Part shown: piece by piece, positions 62,903 to 64,000 of the stretch
Layout of the letters: each line of letters starts with the position of its first letter
Position numbering within the stretch: the first letter of the stretch is position 1
Source of the DNA: Tubulanus polymorphus
Lineage: Eukaryota; Animalia; Nemertea
Direction of reading: 5' to 3'
Length of the DNA stretch: 64,000 bases
Assembly (NCBI RefSeq): GCF_964204645.1
Contig: NC_134027.1
Location: 12,866,485-12,930,484, forward strand
Program-made: the position numbers and the translations under genes
Notes under the pieces: model-generated
Told to the model about the DNA's origin: nothing
Seen by the model: only the letters and a program-made list of their open reading frames with translations
The model's database searches: none

Positions 62903-63272
62903 TTAATCCATTTTTTTTATTATAAATTTTGGAATTTCAGAAGTATTTTCATTTTTAATAGCAGTTGTTTCAGAATTATTAATATCATGAATTTTATTTG
63001 ATTTCTTATACCAATTACACCCAATCGAAATGAATACAATTACAAATCCAACTGTAAAATATAGACATTTATCAAATATTCTATCATTAGAAGGAGTAGA
63101 AATAACAATATTTTCACTATTTTTATTAACATTTTTATTACTTATTTTTTTCTTTTACAGCTTTTTTATATTCTTGTGATTTAATTCCTAATTGCCGAGA
63201 CCATTCAATTTGTTTCTGTGATCTCGGTTTTTTCTTCACAGTTAATTCCTTCACTTCTTCCACCTCGCTCAT
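62903..63272 (-). pseudogene. Polinton-like small membrane protein gene, frameshifted
   Basis: MSEVEE...KKKPRSQKQIEWSRQLG, a shift near 63140, then a hydrophobic segment LYFTVGFVIVFISIGCNWY and end KKMD*; overlaps the stop of the upstream gene. Confidence 0.45.
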
Positions 63273-63811
63273 TTATTATAGAAATATTTTTACTTTCAAT
63301 ATTTGAAAATGTTATAACCCCAGTTGATAATAATGTCATAAATCCACCTAATTGAAATGATAAATATCCAATCCATTTATTTAATTCAGTCATAACTAAA
63401 TAATCATTTTTTAAATCGGAATATAATCTATTTTCATCTTCAATTGGTAGTATATAATTACATAATTTACTATAACCTTTTACTACATTTTCTGATATCG
63501 CGTCATTAATTCTAGCTGTTCTTGCGGATTCATAAATCTTAAATAATCTAATAATTTCATCTGATTTCATTGTATCTAATTCATTATAAGTTAAATTTTT
63601 ACCGACAAAATTTTTACATTTTCCAGATGCTATTAATATTTCTAATTGATGTTTACAAATAAAGATAATATTCATAATTATTATTTGTTGTAACATTATT
63701 TAAAGCACCATCATCTGGAATTAATTTGTTTTCTGTTATTCCTAAATCATCTAAAGTTTTTTCAATTGGAACATCACCATTTTTAGATTTTATTTTCTTT
63801 TCACCTACCAT
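63205..63811 (-). pseudogene. Polinton-like conserved hypothetical gene, one frameshift near 63655
   Basis: GK.LT....D.M...EI..LF..YE...Y......LPI.....L..DL..D pattern recalled from invertebrate Polinton accessory genes; likely ATG at 63811 in another frame. Confidence 0.5.
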
Positions 63812-63842
63812 TTATATAACAAAAAAATTAATTGTGTTGTTG

Positions 63843-64000
63843 CAACTAGAATTCTACTAGAATGTAACTAGAATTTAACTAGATTAACAAGCTAGTTGAA
63901 ATATTGTTATTTCTGTTTATTTCTTGTTAAATCTAGTTGATTTTTGTTCCAACTACCAATAACTAGAATTCAACTAGAATGTAACTAGAATTAAACTAGA
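63843..64000. repeat. 10-bp minisatellite (aactagaatt) with inverted copies
   Basis: aactagaat(t/g) repeats; the same motif occurs at ~55645-55665. Confidence 0.75.

Overview
This is animal (probably lophotrochozoan or other invertebrate) nuclear DNA, not prokaryotic. The left half (54-33026, minus strand) holds 15 GT-AG coding exons of cytoplasmic isoleucyl-tRNA synthetase (IARS1). They join in phase to 743 codons, and the gene continues off the left edge. Its introns are packed with co-oriented Helentron-type non-autonomous elements (HINEs), MITEs, an L1-like fragment, a FLYWCH-MULE pseudogene and three CA...TG elements with perfect 6-bp target duplications. The right half is transposon debris: a Gypsy remnant with a tRNA-Lys primer site, nested inverted repeats, and a frameshifted CR1-group LINE. 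A long-inverted-repeat structure encloses a 191-bp satellite plus a Polinton/Maverick-like end carrying a spliced double-PC4 gene and a PolB fragment. After that come a DIRS fragment (RNase H end, adenine methylase, tyrosine recombinase, ICR) and an AT-rich Polinton-like gene cluster dotted with hairpins. All family assignments come from motifs recognised by eye; no search was run.
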